A stretch of 63,759 bases of DNA, filler included, from Octopus bimaculoides (Eukaryota), in the NCBI RefSeq assembly GCF_001194135.2. It is 7 parts of 7 records of this genome, joined end to end, with 100 filler letters (N's around TTAATTAATTAA, not from the genome) between each part and the next. Parts side by side here need not be neighbours in the genome. Positions count along the whole stretch, not along the records: positions 1 to 26,584 come from NC_068988.1; positions 26,685 to 51,067 come from NC_069003.1; 5 more parts are not named here. One strand, written 5' to 3'. The notes under the pieces are model-generated. The model saw only the letters and a program-made list of their open reading frames with translations, searched no databases and was not told where the DNA came from. Position numbers and translations under genes: made by a program. This document shows, one piece after another, positions 13,505 through 27,101 of this stretch. Numbering within the stretch: position 1 is the first letter of the stretch; each line of letters begins with the position of its first letter.

Positions 13505-13700
13505 CTACAGAAAGACCTCTAGAGAATAAGGAACAAAGATTTTCTTTCTAGAACTTGGAGGGAAAATCACAAAAGAAAACAAGATAAAATGAAAAAGCGA
13601 AGAGAAAAATCGATAGCACCCGGTTTGACACCCGGAAACCGAACGGAAGTGTCCAGTGCTTGCAATTACTGAGCCTCGTTTTGAATGATATCGCTGGAAC
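13505..13700 (-). promoter_or_regulatory. Candidate promoter and first non-coding exon on the minus strand
   Basis: CpG-enriched patch with ETS-like CCGGAA and CGGAAGTG motifs. Pyrimidine-rich UTR-like tract on -, ending at TAG|GTACGG (donor at 13504). Confidence 0.45.
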
Positions 13701-13831
13701 AGGTGTCGTCTGCCCCAGTCAGTCACACGTCGACAGTTTGTGGAAATATATCGGAGTTGGCGAATGATCAACATCACCTGACCTCCATGTTCGTGCCTGG
13801 CTTTTTATTATTATCATTACAACGATAAAGC

Positions 13832-13884
<53 letters not shown>

Positions 13885-15014
13885 TATACATGTGCATATA
13901 TGTGCGATCTTTAGGTGAGTTTAATCTTCCCCCCACCTTCGAATTGTTTGTGTTCTATTTCAGGTGATGACTATTGTTTAGCGATGCACTTTGAGAAATA
14001 ATATATAGCTTGGCTTGTAAATATGTATTTGTCATTGATTTCATATGTAAATAGAATTTTCTAAAGGAGAGAAAAAGAGAGAGTCTTGAAGGAACGAGAT
14101 GGTGTAACAATTATGTCAGACACGAGGTGGAAGAAATGGAAGGGCTACAACTGAGAATCGAATCCGGGAGCAGCGCTCACCCTCTGGTCTGCAGCGCTCA
14201 CCTTCTCCATAAATTCAACATTGTTTGTATTAAAGATCATATATGTTAATGGCAAAAGAAATAAGAGATCGTGATATTTATACGCTTCTAAAGAACATAA
14301 TGGTCTGCTTGAAGTGACAAGGACTCAACATGGAATCGAACACGTCTCGCCCATTAGGCTCACCAAAATCTCTTCCTTATGGAACTTGGAACTTTTCTCG
14401 ACAGGTTATTTTTCACTAAACATCATAATGTATCTTTAAAAACGTGTATATATATATTTATGAATGAGTGTACACAATATATTACTGGTACCTATGTTGA
14501 TTAATTCCGGGGTGGAGGGATGACGAAAGATGATATGGATAGATGTAAAACTATCCGCCTGTTATTTAGCCCCAGGTGAGCTCTGCATGTGGACCTATGA
14601 TTAAAAGCGTTCTACTATTAAATATCCTCTTTGTTTGCACACAAACTACCTCAGACTGCATTATGCAACTCATCCACCCGCCCTTTTGTAGTTTTTTAAA
14701 GGGTGTGATTTCAGAATTTGCTGCTATTTCTAGCAGGTCAAACGACTATGTGGAGGCCCCCTCGGTCCAGCTGTTGTTCACCTGCATTACTCATACCTGT
14801 TAAATATGAATTGCTGGTATATTGAGTAATTACATGTCTACCCCCAGTTTTATCCGGCAAAGTAAATGAGTGGTTGTGGCCATCATGCATTTTCTAATGG
14901 AATAAATGAAACATTTCCAAATGAGAATCAACAGTCATGAAGATCTTAATGTCTGGCCAGGCACTCACTGCACGCCTCTGCGCGCGCGCGCGCGAGTGTG
15001 TTTGTGTGCATGTG

Positions 15015-15059
<45 letters not shown>

Positions 15060-15168
15060 GTCTATCTATCTATCTCTACATTCACCTATCTATCTATCTA
15101 TCTATCTGTACATACCTGCATACATACATATGTATACACGTGTATGTATGTGTGTATGTATGTACGTA

Positions 15169-15386
15169 CGAGAGGGTGCTGACAAGTTTCTGGCTTACAG
15201 TAAAAGAATATACAGGAAGATCAGCTAATTATGATTTTATTCAACATATTCCCCTCTCAGATTCACACACTTTCTGTAGCGGTCCTTCAGTTTTTCTAAG
15301 GCCCTGTAAAAGAACTTGGAAGGTTGGGCCTCCAGCCAGGCCTTTCACGACACCCTTAAAGCCAGGAACTTTTCAGTACCCCCTCG
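15169..15386. mobile_element. Mariner-type MITE
   Basis: About 30-bp TIRs CGAGAGGGTGCTGACAAGTTTCTGGCTTA / TAAAGCCAGGAACTTTTCAGTACCCCCTCG, flanked by TA on both sides. Confidence 0.85.
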
Positions 15387-16439
15387 TATATATGTATGTA
15401 TGTATGTATGTTTGTATGTATGTATGTATGTGTGCAGAAATGAAATGGCTTGAATGTCTCTGACGACGTGTTTGATCGAGGGTGATTTTCAGTTTTAAAT
15501 TAGGAAATAAGACATTAAATAATGAACCCTTCTGCATACTCCGAAAAAGACAGGGTGGTCACGTTGGAACGAGTTTGATTATGGAAAAACTCGGTTAAGG
15601 TTTACAGATGCAAATAAACGTGGTGGTAGAAGTTTAAGAATAGAAAACTTGACAGACATATGTAAGTAGAATAAAATTTATCAACGGGACCCAATTATAA
15701 GATTCGGAAAATAATTTTTTGAACTTATGGCATGAGGCCAGCAATTTTAAGGGTGAGGAGTTGGTCAATGACATTGACCCCGGTACTTGATTGGTGACCT
15801 CGGTCGTATTTGAACTCAACGCAAGGAATCGGAAGAAATGCCGCAAAGCATTTGAACGCTGTGCAAACGCTTCTGCCATTTCGAAACCCTTATTCGGAGA
15901 ATAATTGTTTCTCATTTTGAGGGAAGGGTTAGTCGATTACCTACATCAGATTTATTTCGTCGGCCCTGGTGGGACGACGAAAGGCAAAGTTGACTTCGGT
16001 AGGATTTGAACTCAAAACGTAAAAAGCCATAACACATACCGCCGTTCTAATGACATAAGGGCAGAAATTTGGGGTAATGGGATTGTATCGATCTCAGTGG
16101 GAATGAATGGCAAATTTGATCGCGGCGGGACTTGAACTCGAAATGTCAAGAGACGTATCTAAATCCCACATGACATCGAATCCGCTACTCGAGTAATTCT
16201 CCGATATTATCTGTTTAAAAAAACATTAATAATAAACTGGTTAGTTTCAATGCAGAAGCACCTTATAGATTTTCATACTGCTAACTTCTAGTTGCCATGG
16301 TTACTACAACGATAGCGATAGTTGCATAAGAACTCGCAGACAGCTTCTGCTAGTAAGGCTGCTTCAGACATGTGGCGTTAATTTTTCCTAAATCGATCTT
16401 ATTTAGTAGTGGTCACGGCAATTATATATATTTTAACTT

Positions 16440-16740
16440 TGAGAGTGAATCTCTGTCCTATGTTGGTTCAAGCACTGTTCGGTCTTCTTTCAAGCACCAT
16501 CATTGATTTTGAAGTTTACCTCATTCTTCAGCAGGATGTCCTAAATATTCACCACTCTCTTACAAAACCAATGTTTTCCAACATTCAGTCGCACTTGTTA
16601 CCTCTTCTCATTTTCCTCTGGTTTACAAACAAATCTTCCCAGGCTTTTGTCATATATTCCATTCGAGGTGATCTTACAAACCTCTATTATATAAACCCGT
16701 GTGGTCTTCTTTATTAAGTCAAAGATGGGTAGAAATAGCT
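16440..16740 (-). mobile_element. Decayed CR1/L2-like LINE 3' ORF2 fragment
   Basis: The minus strand reads RLNVGKHWFCKRVVNI*DIL, matching the CR1-type RL.VRK.FF..RVV..WN.LP motif. Confidence 0.6.
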
Positions 16741-18497
16741 TCGTAAGTCTTATTATTATTATAAACAATTCTATAAACACAAGACCTGAAATATTTGGCG
16801 AGGTTTGGGAAGCGAGTCGTCAGTTATACGCCTGACTGATACTCATTTTATCGACCCCGAAAGGATGAAAAGCAAGGTCGACATCGGCATAATTTGAACT
16901 TAGAACGTAATATCGGAATAAATGCCGCTAAATATTTTGACCGGCGTGCTAACGATCCTGCTAAGCTCGCCGAAATAACGCACCATCGACAACGAGGAGC
17001 TTCTGTGCGGCGGCTCAACATGCTAGAAATAGCAGCATACAAATCGCCCTCATCACACAATTGTCAGAGAGAAAGAGAGAGAGAATTAGGCAGATAAGAT
17101 AATGTTTTCCTGGACATTAGCGATAAAAATGAATAGCGAAATTGAAATATTTTTGATCAGTTTTGCTAAATCAGAGCTGACCTCAAAATAAGAATACTAT
17201 CAAGGCAGGAAAATTACTAGAAATTTCAATAATGACGACATTTATTGATCAAGATGGTTGACACTTTTAACTCTCATTGTCCTTTCTATAGTTTAATGGT
17301 TTACGAATTCGATTCGCGAGTAAAGAAATAACGTGTTTCCCAGGATTGTTTGCAAAGCGCACACTAAGCGCACCCACTGCGCATTTTTTTGAGTTAACGT
17401 GTGCGTTCGCGCGCGTGTATGTTTGTATGTGTGTATGCCTGCATGTATGTATGCATGTGTATGTATGTATGTATGTAAGCGTGTGTATGTATGTATGCAT
17501 GCATGCATGTGTATGTATGTATGTATGTATGTATGTATGTATGCATGTATGTAAGCGTGTGTATGTATGTATGCATGTGTATGTATATATGCATGTGTAT
17601 GTATGTATGTATGCATGTATGTGTGTATGTATGTATGTATGTATGTATGTGCCACGCCGAATCTCCCCGGAAAATAAGGGTATGTGTGTGTTTGCAGAAT
17701 GCTCAGCCACTTGCACGTTAGTTTCACGAGCAGGCTGTTCCGTTGATTGAATCAAATGGAATCCTCGTCGTCGAAACCGACGGAGAACTATGTATGTTTC
17801 TGTTTATGTATGTTTATATAATCTATACACCATACACACATTGATGACACTGTTGCATTCCAGTATCACAGACTTAATATTTTTTCATATTTCCAAGATT
17901 TTCTTGCAGTGTTTGGGACAGAACAGAAACGTTCTGAAATCCATCATCACTATTTCTTTTAACCTTCATATCCCATCTTCAGGACGGAGTGAAGGTTCTT
18001 AAGCGGGCTTGATTTTACCACCAGAATTTGAATTTTAATTATTAGTTTTACACAGTCTAGGGTTGTTCATTTTTGCTTGTGTGTGGTGTATATTATGGTT
18101 ATCTTCGCATTTGTTTTAGTATTGAGTTGTGACATGAATATTGTTTTTATTATCAACCCTCTGTTTGCATCTGTGTACATTTCCGAAAATCTCAGAACTG
18201 CGGACAGTGTTGCTGGGGTCATTTCCTCTCTCTACAAACCATCAACTACCTTTGCACATTCAAAGAAGAATGGAATAAGACAGCCGTTACTCAAAAAAAC
18301 AAGTAAGGATTAATGATATCCGAGGGTAAAAGAATGCCATAATAATATATATTTTTCTAACCCTTGCTAGCATGGAAAAACAGATGTAAAACAAACAAAT
18401 GATTACACACACACACACACATGTACTCACACACATATATGTATACATATTTATATATATACGTGTGTGTGTGTATATATATGTGTGTGTGTATTTG

Positions 18498-18529
<32 letters not shown>

Positions 18530-18532
<3 letters not shown>

Positions 18533-19130
18533 TCATCATCATCGTTTAACGTCCGCTTTCCATGCTAGCATGGGTTGGACGATTTGACTGAGGACTGGTG
18601 AAACCAGATGGCTACACCAGGCTCCAATCTGGCAGAGTTTCTACAGCTGGATGCCCTTCCTAACGCCAAACACTCCGAGAGTGTAGTGGGTGCTTTTACG
18701 TGCCATCGGCACGAAGGCCAGTCAAGCGGTACTGGCAACGGCTACGCTCAAAATGGTGTATTTTACGTGCCACCTGCACAGGAGCCACATCATTATCATC
18801 ATCATTATTGTCAGCATTTAACGTCTGCTTTCCACGCTGGCATGGATTGGGCCGTTTGACTGAGGATTGGCAAGCTGGGAGGCTGCACCAGGCTCCAATC
18901 TGTTCCGGCAAGATTTCTGCAGCTGGATGCCCTTCCTTATACCAACTACTCTGAGAGTTTAGTGGGTTCTTTTTACGTGCCACTGGCATGGGAGCCAGTC
19001 ATGCGGCACTGGCATCGGCCATGACTATGATTTCACTTGGTTCAACAGGTCTTCTCAAGCACAGCATATTGCCTGATAATTGAAGGGAAGGGGTACTTTT
19101 AAATGGACCAGTTATGCGCACGGATAGGAC
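18530..19130 (-). mobile_element. Two adjacent RTE-tail copies
   Basis: Two (CAT)n-CGTTTAACGTC...CTACAGCTGGATGCCCTTCC units starting at about 18530 and 18800. Confidence 0.8.
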
Positions 19131-22100
19131 CTCACTTGGCTTGCCATATATATATATATATGATGGGCTTCTTTCAGTTTCTGTCTACCAAATTCAGCCA
19201 CAAGGCTTTGGTTGGCCTGAGGCTTTAATTGAAGATACTTGCCCATGAAGTGGGACTGAACCCAGAACTGTGTGCTTGGGAAGCAAGCCTCTTCCCACAC
19301 AGACACACCTGTGCCTGAGATTCTACAGTTTCATTTTGTTGTCCAGTGCCTTCCCAATACACATTCCCTCAAAACACAGGTATACAATATTTTGCACCAA
19401 TTCAATATTTGAGATTATCTTTTACTATGGACTATGGCCATACTGGAGCATCACCTTCAAGGGTGTAGTTGAAGAAACGAACCCTGGTGCTATTTGAATC
19501 TGACACTTATTCTGTCAGTCACTTTTGCTGAACTGCTAACTTACAGTGATGTAAACAAACCAACACCAATTGTCAAGCTGTAGCAGGGACAAACACCAAG
19601 TCGCCCCTCCCCGCCACACACACTCACATATGTATACGACGGGCCTCCACGCAGCATCCGTTCACTAAAATTCTCTCACAAGGTATTGGTTAGCCCTAGG
19701 CTATTGTAGGAGACACTTATTACCTTGGGCAAATGTTTCTAGTATAGTCCCGGTTCGACCAATGCTTTGTGAGTGCATTGGGTAAACGGAAAAAATATTG
19801 TATTCAAATTTTGGCACAAGGCCAGCAGTTTTGGGGAAGGGCTAAGTCTGCTACATCAGTTCCAATGCTCAAGTCGTACTTATTTTATCGACCCGGGAAG
19901 AATGAAAGGCGAAGTCAACCTCGGCAGAATTTGAACTCAGAACGTAAAGACAGACGAAATGCCGCTAAGTATTTTGTCCGGTGTGTTAACGGTTCTGCTA
20001 ATACGATTTGAGTGCAAGTGAACATAACTCATCGTTATGTACCTGTAATTATTAAAACACATGAAAACATCCTTAAAAACCAGCGAAGGTACCCCTACGT
20101 AATACCTCAACCTGCTACAAAAAGCAACCAGTTTTCCGGTTGCCCAAAGCACAGCCTCTCGTCTTAAATAAGGAAAGTGTAGTCATAGTAATACAAAAAG
20201 ATGGGATTGTCGAGGTTAGAATGCATCTGATCATAGGATATTCCTCGATAATCTCTAAATGAGAGCTGTGCAAGTTAGCTTTTACGAAGACAGAGTAAAT
20301 GAGATATGTAAAAACTTAAGCTGTCAGTCGATAACAAAAGACTAAAAATTCGTTGAGCGACCGACTATTATCTATTTCAGGTGATATAAATAAACATTGC
20401 ACAAGATACTAAAAAATACTATGCTTGTACATTTTAACAATCTATTCGCATATCCGGAATAGTATTCAATTGTTCAATCATCGTAAATATACCCCGAATT
20501 CAACTGTCACACGAAGCAAGTATGAACAGATAAGCGCAAACAGACACACATGTATGTTATAAATACATTTTCATTGTACACATACATGTAAACAGGAGTA
20601 CGTCGCATTGTTGAGTATATAAATTTAGCTGTGAATTTATTTTCTTTAGGAGTAAATGTTTAAAATTAAACAAATGTACATACACACCCATAAGTTGGAT
20701 ATTGCAAAAAAATTGATTTCATCATTTTGGGTCAGTAAAATAGTTGTAGCAGGAAGTAGTCGAAATCGATCAGGTGACTAAGTTAACGTAATGTGTGTGT
20801 GTGTGTAGTTAACTGTTTAGTTACAGTTAAATTAGCAGAATAGTCAGATCGTCGGACAAAATGCTTACAGAAGAACTATGCACATTCTGCGTTCAGATCC
20901 TGTAGGGGTCAACTTTGCATCTTATCTTTCTGCGGGATCCATAGTGTTTGTCGTGACTGGAATTGCAATAGAAAATAAAATAATACAGGATACGAATCAA
21001 TGAAGGAGTCACTGTGTCCAGACCAGCTAAAACTGGAAGCTAAATCTTCCTCAAATTGCACCAGGTGTCTAATGTAGACCTAGACACGTCTCTAAAAGAA
21101 TGGAATAGTCACGGCTGGACCGTCGCATCAAAACTCGGAATTTGAGTTCAGAACAGAAAGGGTTGTAACGTAACGAAATATCACGATATTTTTTGCGACC
21201 CTAATTATTCTGACAATAATGGTATATGAGCAGAGTTAGAGGTTTTGCAATATTTAACCAGTACGAGGTCGACTTTGCCTTTCATCCTTTTAGGGTCAAT
21301 TAAATAAGTACCAGTTACGCACTGGAGTCGATGTAGTCGACTTCATCCCTTTGTCCTTGTTTGTTCCCTCTATGTTTAGGCCCCTGTGAGCAATAAAGAA
21401 ATTAATATTTAACCAATACTTAACTTTTGTGCTTCAGGAAATACAAAATCCTTTTCTTTTTTTTTTTTTTCTGCTGAGTTCGATAAAATAAAGTACAATT
21501 AATTGCATTTCCCCCTGTAAAATGGGAGAAGCTGGTCGTTCAGAGAAATAAGGGAAGTCGTGTAGCTAGCCCTTGAGTTTGCTTCCCCCATCCCTGAGGT
21601 GGGTTGTATTAGCCTAAACAGGTTTATACAGCAGACCCAAATATGCTCCCCTCCATAAAAGCACCGCTCGAGGCAGACTATCTACCCGTCTTCAGATATG
21701 CCACAGAATAAGGGTTTCTTGGAGGTCAAGAATCGAATGCAATTAGAGCTGGCGATCTTTCGAATATTTAACGTACAAAATGCAACAAACTGCTCTGAAT
21801 TCAAGTGAAAGGTGAACAAACAGTCGGTTTATACTCGACAATAAAAATAATAGGTGACTCATGTTCACATCACTTTACAACTGCTTTGTTTGGAGAAGCA
21901 CTTTATGTCAGAGTCGAACATTACCAAATTTATAGTGACAAGGTAATTTTGATGGAGTTTTAGGTCACATCAAATATTCATATTTATCCATGCATGCATA
22001 CATATTTCTCAATGAAGATAGCATCAACTGGTTCAATGCAATATTTAAAAAAAAATAAAACAAGAGAACATATTTATTGCCTTGTGTAATTGATTTCCGA

Positions 22101-22619
22101 AGATCTGTCTCACTTGAGCAAGTCGAGACTAAGTTTAATAATAATGGCGCCAAATGTGTTTCTCGATTAGAACCTTGAATTACAACCGTTTTCTGTTTAT
22201 TGGGGCGGGGGTTCTATCTCTTTTTTTTTTTTTTTTTTTTTTCGTGAATGTCAGATATCTTTTGATAAGCAACAAAAATCGTAGCATAAAGAATTATTAA
22301 GTATTTTTTGTATGCTCCCACTTTTAATTTTCGAAAATTTTCTAAAGTCGACGACCAGGTTTCTCAGAAACAAATTTGAAGCCATTTAAAGCTTCAACAA
22401 TATTTTAGATTTTAAAATAGTATCACATATTCTTTTATCTTATATTGTCAAGCAGCTTTGTTCTGGTAGTGTGTATTCGAGATTACGTCACATATTCTTT
22501 TTAAGGCAGTGGGTGCGGCTAATGAACTCAACGTACAGAGGGCATAAACGTACATAGACGTATGATAAATCTATAAATAATAATAATAGTATTTTTGTTA
22601 CAGCTGGGGACGGTCTTTT

Positions 22620-22862
22620 GCCAATTAAACACACGCACTATTTATTTTGATCTTCTCTTTAGTTTTATTAGTATTATTATTTTTTAGTTTATTTGTCCGT
22701 CACAATTCTTTTGTCACACCTTCTGTGACCTCTACAGCGACTCTCTGTCTCATGAATGTGTAACGAAAGAACTTTGACGGACAAATAAGCTAAAAAGAAA
22801 ATAATAATACGAATAAAAAACTGAAGTGAAGATCAAATAAATAATGCGTGTGTTTAATTGGC
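22620..22862. mobile_element. Foldback/MITE-like inverted repeat
   Basis: GCCAATTAAACACACGCACTATTTATTTTGATCTTC...TTTGTCCGTCA pairs with TGACGGACAAAT...GAAGATCAAATAAATAATGCGTGTGTTTAATTGGC; arms about 90 bp. Confidence 0.75.
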
Positions 22863-22988
22863 TGTTTGTAGACAGTTGAAAAGAATACCTTTAACAAGGA
22901 AAAAAAGATGTTTTTAAAAATGTTTTGTAGTTGCGGGTGGACCCCCTTAATCTCCTGGCAACCAACAGTTTTAGACCCAGTCCGCCAC

Positions 22989-23032
<44 letters not shown>

Positions 23033-23374
23033 GAGAGAGAGAATACTAGTATTTAGAACCTTATTACCTTTTACTTATGATCTCAATGTACTCCAGAATT
23101 GGTTCCTATACATACCAAACTCTTCAACCTTTCCTCCAAAAGCTATATATTTTAAGTTATGAAAATATACGTGTCTTAGATCCAAGATAGGTTCCTTGTC
23201 ATTCTTTACCAATTACCAGTCCATCAGTTTCATTTCAAATCTATCATAAACAATGGGGAAATGATATCAAATAAATGATAATTTCATTTATTCCTTATTG
23301 TTGTAATTTATCTACTCAGTGACCACCATGTTGTCTGAAAATCCAGATCCACCAACGAGCTGGTTTCATACTCT

Positions 23375-23784
23375 TGTAGGGAAGTGGTTATACACCATTA
23401 GGTGTACTCCGCTTCCGTACATTAAACTTCGTGAAGAAGACAACGGAACGCAGATTCTGAACAACACAACGATATTTATTTACAGTGGAATTCGGCTCAC
23501 ACTTGGAGGGAATTCGGTAGCTCGTCGCCTTTGGTTACTGAGACGCCGTCAATGAAGTTCGTGGTTATTTGTGTAGCTCTGGTGCTGGGTTGTGAGAGAG
23601 CTCTGTTAGACGTCTAGGCTTGATGGAGATCAGCGAACAAAGAGAGTGAAAAGAAGCGCGAAAGCTTGGATGTCGATGACTACGCATGTGCATGAGACTC
23701 TTCCTGTATTCTTTCTGGAACTAGTCCCTGCGCATGCGTGAATAAAAACTCCGGAAATGTCGTCTGCGATAAGGCGTCACTACA
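23375..23784 (+). mobile_element. Solo LTR (Gypsy-like)
   Basis: TGTAG...CTACA termini, a perfect 4-bp TSD CTCT (23371-74 and 23785-88), an internal AATAAA near 23741, and a homologous copy at 25959-26380. Confidence 0.85.
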
Positions 23785-24985
23785 CTCTAAAAAAACTTCA
23801 TTGAAAGCAGTTTCCCTTGTTAGCAACCTTTTATATTTAACACGAGAATCTTTTAACAAAGCTGTCCTCTTAGATGTGATTAGATGTGATGTGCTATCGA
23901 ATTTGTTTGTATATTGTCACAGTATGTACTTAGCAAGTACGATATTGTGATTGAGAAACAGCAGATGGTAGATAGTGTATTCTTTGTCCTGGATTTGCTG
24001 TTGTCTCAGTCTTACATTTTCTCTCCGATTCAGTTTTATTGCACTCTACTCACCTAACTATTGACTATTTTGCCACCCACTTCTTTCTAGCTTGAGTATT
24101 AGATTTAATTTCCAACTTTTATCCGGGTATTTCCTGACTAATTACAGCTATCCTTTTCCCCAAAACTATTCAAAATATTTAAAACAGGTGTTTTTTATCA
24201 ACAATTTCTATTTGTTATACAAGACTCACACCATGTTTACACGTAGGAATATTTTGAACACATTATATCTTGTATGCAAGCAAAACAAATGATACCTGTG
24301 CGAACTAATTTTATCGTAAATAATGCATTTCATTCTCATAAATGAAAGGAATACGTACTTAATTACATGAATAACCTACATTAAAATACAAATCCCAAAC
24401 CGAAGAAAACACAAACATGAGCAATAAAAGTAAACACAAAAAGAAGAAAAAAAAATCAATTTATAGTGCATTAATCGGTCGCACAGCAGAAGGTTCAACA
24501 GACTCTGCTGAAGCGAGGCAACACGTTTGTGGCATTACCACAGTCGATGGAAAGGCTAAGGTGTTGGAATAGCCAAGCATCCTCAGGAGCATCACCTGAC
24601 ACCTTGGAGATGCGAGCCACTAACGATGACAAGTATTTCCCTGTTAGCTGCCCAGCCCCTCAAATATCTCAAACGCCACTGGCTGGAAGAAATGGTTCAC
24701 TGACAAGTCCTGTTGCTTAAGGATTAGGACTTTGGGGTAATAGCTATTATGAAAATCCCCACTTTAAAGTTCACGTCTTCACTATGGTTTATTAAAGAAT
24801 CTCTACCTAATTATGTGATCTTTTACAAAAGCAATCAAGTCTCCATTTAATCAAACTCTACCATCTTAAAAAACAACAAAGAACACATTGAACAATAAAA
24901 AAAAAAAAAAAATAAATAAAACGGTTTTGTCATGGTTGGAACAATTTGGATCATAATTCTGCTCAATCTGCAGGAGAGTTTAAAT

Positions 24986-25160
24986 CAGTGGTCCTCAACC
25001 TTTTTAATATGTGGGCCAGATCCCAAACCTGGAGGTTTTTAGGGATCCACATCAAGAAAATAAAACACAAAGAAAAATTTACTAAATTTATAGAGGGTAG
25101 ACCATTGGGGGCTGCCAGAAGGATGCATGTGCTCCTGAGAGCTACAGCTGAAAACCCCTG
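24986..25160. mobile_element. hAT (Charlie-like) MITE
   Basis: CAGTGGTCCTCAAC...GAAAACCCCTG termini and a degenerate 8-bp TSD GTTTAAAT/GTTTAGAG. Confidence 0.65.
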
Positions 25161-25958
25161 GTTTAGAGACATGGACCACCACTTGTTATCCTTGAACTCT
25201 AGCTTATAGTATTTGATGATTTTTTTTCTAAAGCAGTATTATGAACATCATTTGAGATATTCACAATTCAGATGTAATACTTTAAGATACCTTTGTTGTT
25301 GTTTCATTGAGTTTAATTTTGCCGAGATGGGCTGGGTTTTCATTGCTTCAGTTTCTTGTATTTTATTGTCCTAAAAGAGCCATAGAGATTTAGTAGACAC
25401 ATTTCTGTTGTAATTATTTTTTATATAATAACAACTGTTGTTTTTATAAATGTCATGGAATTGATTCTAGTTGTTATATATAACACTTCATTTAAGTTAA
25501 TCACCATAGATGTAATTATATTCTAGCAGAGATTTGTGGTTCAATATTTATGTCCTTGTCACAGTTTTCCTTATGTATTTGTATAAATACATTTTTTGTA
25601 AGTAGCATTTGAACATTTGAAAATGTTGAATTTATTCCACTTTATATCATTTACTTTCTAAATCATTCAATGTGCATTCTAAATTATTTAACACAAGCTA
25701 GAGTCATTTTGTTTATATTTTTGTATTTGAAAGTTCACACTGCTGTCTTTTTCATCTCATTATGCTCAACTAGTGCTTCTATGTTCATAAACTGTGATGA
25801 TCAAATTAATTTTCTCCTTTTTCTCATTAGTAAATTTAATCATCGTCATCATTATCATTTAATGTTTGACTTCCATGCTAGCATGGGTTGGATAGTTTGA
25901 CTGGAGCTGGCAAGCCAGAGGACTATACCAATCTCAACGATTTGTTTTGGTATGGTTT

Positions 25959-26584
25959 TGTAGGGAAGTGGTTATACACCATTAGGTGTACACCGCTTCC
26001 GTACATTAAATTTCTAGAAGAAACAACGGAACGCAGATTCTGAACAACATAACAATATTTATTTACAGTGGAATTCAGTTCACGCTTGGAGGGAATTCGG
26101 TAGCTCGTCGCCCTCGGTTACTGAGACGCCTTCTGAATGATTTCCGTGGTTATTTGTGAAGCTCTGGTGCTGACATGTGAGAGAGCTCTGTTGGATGTCT
26201 TGGATCGATGGAGATCAGTCAACGAAGAGACTGAGAAAAGGCGCCAAAGCTGGGTGTCGAACTCTACGCATGCGCATGAGACTCTTCCTGTATTCCTTCC
26301 GGAACTAGTCCTTGTGCATGCGTGGATAAAACTGCGGATATTGAACATATAACAGTCGTCTGCTATAAGGGGTCACTACATGGCTCCCCCGCGAGTGCCG
26401 AAAGCACGAAAATAGAAATTTGGAGGGACGCCTGAGGCAAGATGGCTACCGAAAACACCCACAAGATGTGGCACAAATATATACAATTGTGAGATACATG
26501 CATGCATGTACAAAAGAATTGACATTGACAAACAACCGTGATGACAACTGTCCAGGAAACTGGAATCATGCGATGTAAAGTCTG
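25959..26584 (+). mobile_element. 5' LTR, PBS and start of the internal region of an LTR retrotransposon, running into a gap
   Basis: TGTAG...CTACA (25959-26380) is followed directly by TGGCTCCCC, complementary to a tRNA-Asp-type 3' end. It is inserted into an RTE-tail repeat and no TSD is visible. Confidence 0.75.
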
Positions 26585-26684
26585 NNNNNNNNNNNNNNNN
26601 NNNNNNNNNNNNNNNNNNNNNNNNNNNNTTAATTAATTAANNNNNNNNNNNNNNNNNNNNNNNNNNNNNNNNNNNNNNNNNNNN
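26585..26684. other. Assembly gap placeholder N44-TTAATTAATTAA-N44 (spacer also at 51112, 53976, 58730, 60784, 62394)
   Basis: An identical 12-mer with stop codons in all six frames, centred in 100-bp N blocks. Confidence 0.9.
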
Positions 26685-26699
26685 TATATATATAATTTT

Positions 26700-27101
26700 T
26701 TTACTTGTTTCAGTCATTTGACTGCAGCCATGCTGGAGCACTGCCTTTAGTCGTACAAATCAACCCCAGGACTTATTTTTTGTAAGCCTAGTACTTATTT
26801 TGTCGGTCTCTTTTGCTGAACTGCTAAGTGACGGGGATGTAAACACATCAGTATCGGTTGTGGGGGGACAAGAACAGACACGCAAATACACACACACACA
26901 CACACACACACATACACATATATATATATATATACGTATATATACGACAGGTTTCTTTCAGTTTCCGTCTACCAAATCCACTCACAAGGCTTTGATTGGC
27001 TCGAGACTATAGTAGAAGACACTTGCCCAAGGTGCCACGCAGTGGGACTGAACCCAGAACCATGTGGTTGGTAAGCAAGCTACTTACCACACAGCCACTC
27101 C
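26700..27101 (-). mobile_element. Full-length family A SINE
   Basis: Reverse complement of the 3602-4003 element. Confidence 0.85.

Noticed and set aside
13915-13963. 49-nt GTGAG...TTTCAG plus-strand intron
   Set aside because: Very short, flanked by microsatellite, and no reading frame is supported.
24296-24375. Minus-strand exon with ATG (MRMKCIIYDKISSH)
   Set aside because: Splice-like signals only; no recognisable protein and no partner exons.
26629-26640. TTAATTAATTAA repeated six times in the window as a possible conserved site
   Set aside because: Always centred in N44-12-N44 blocks; it is a six-frame-stop gap spacer added during assembly.
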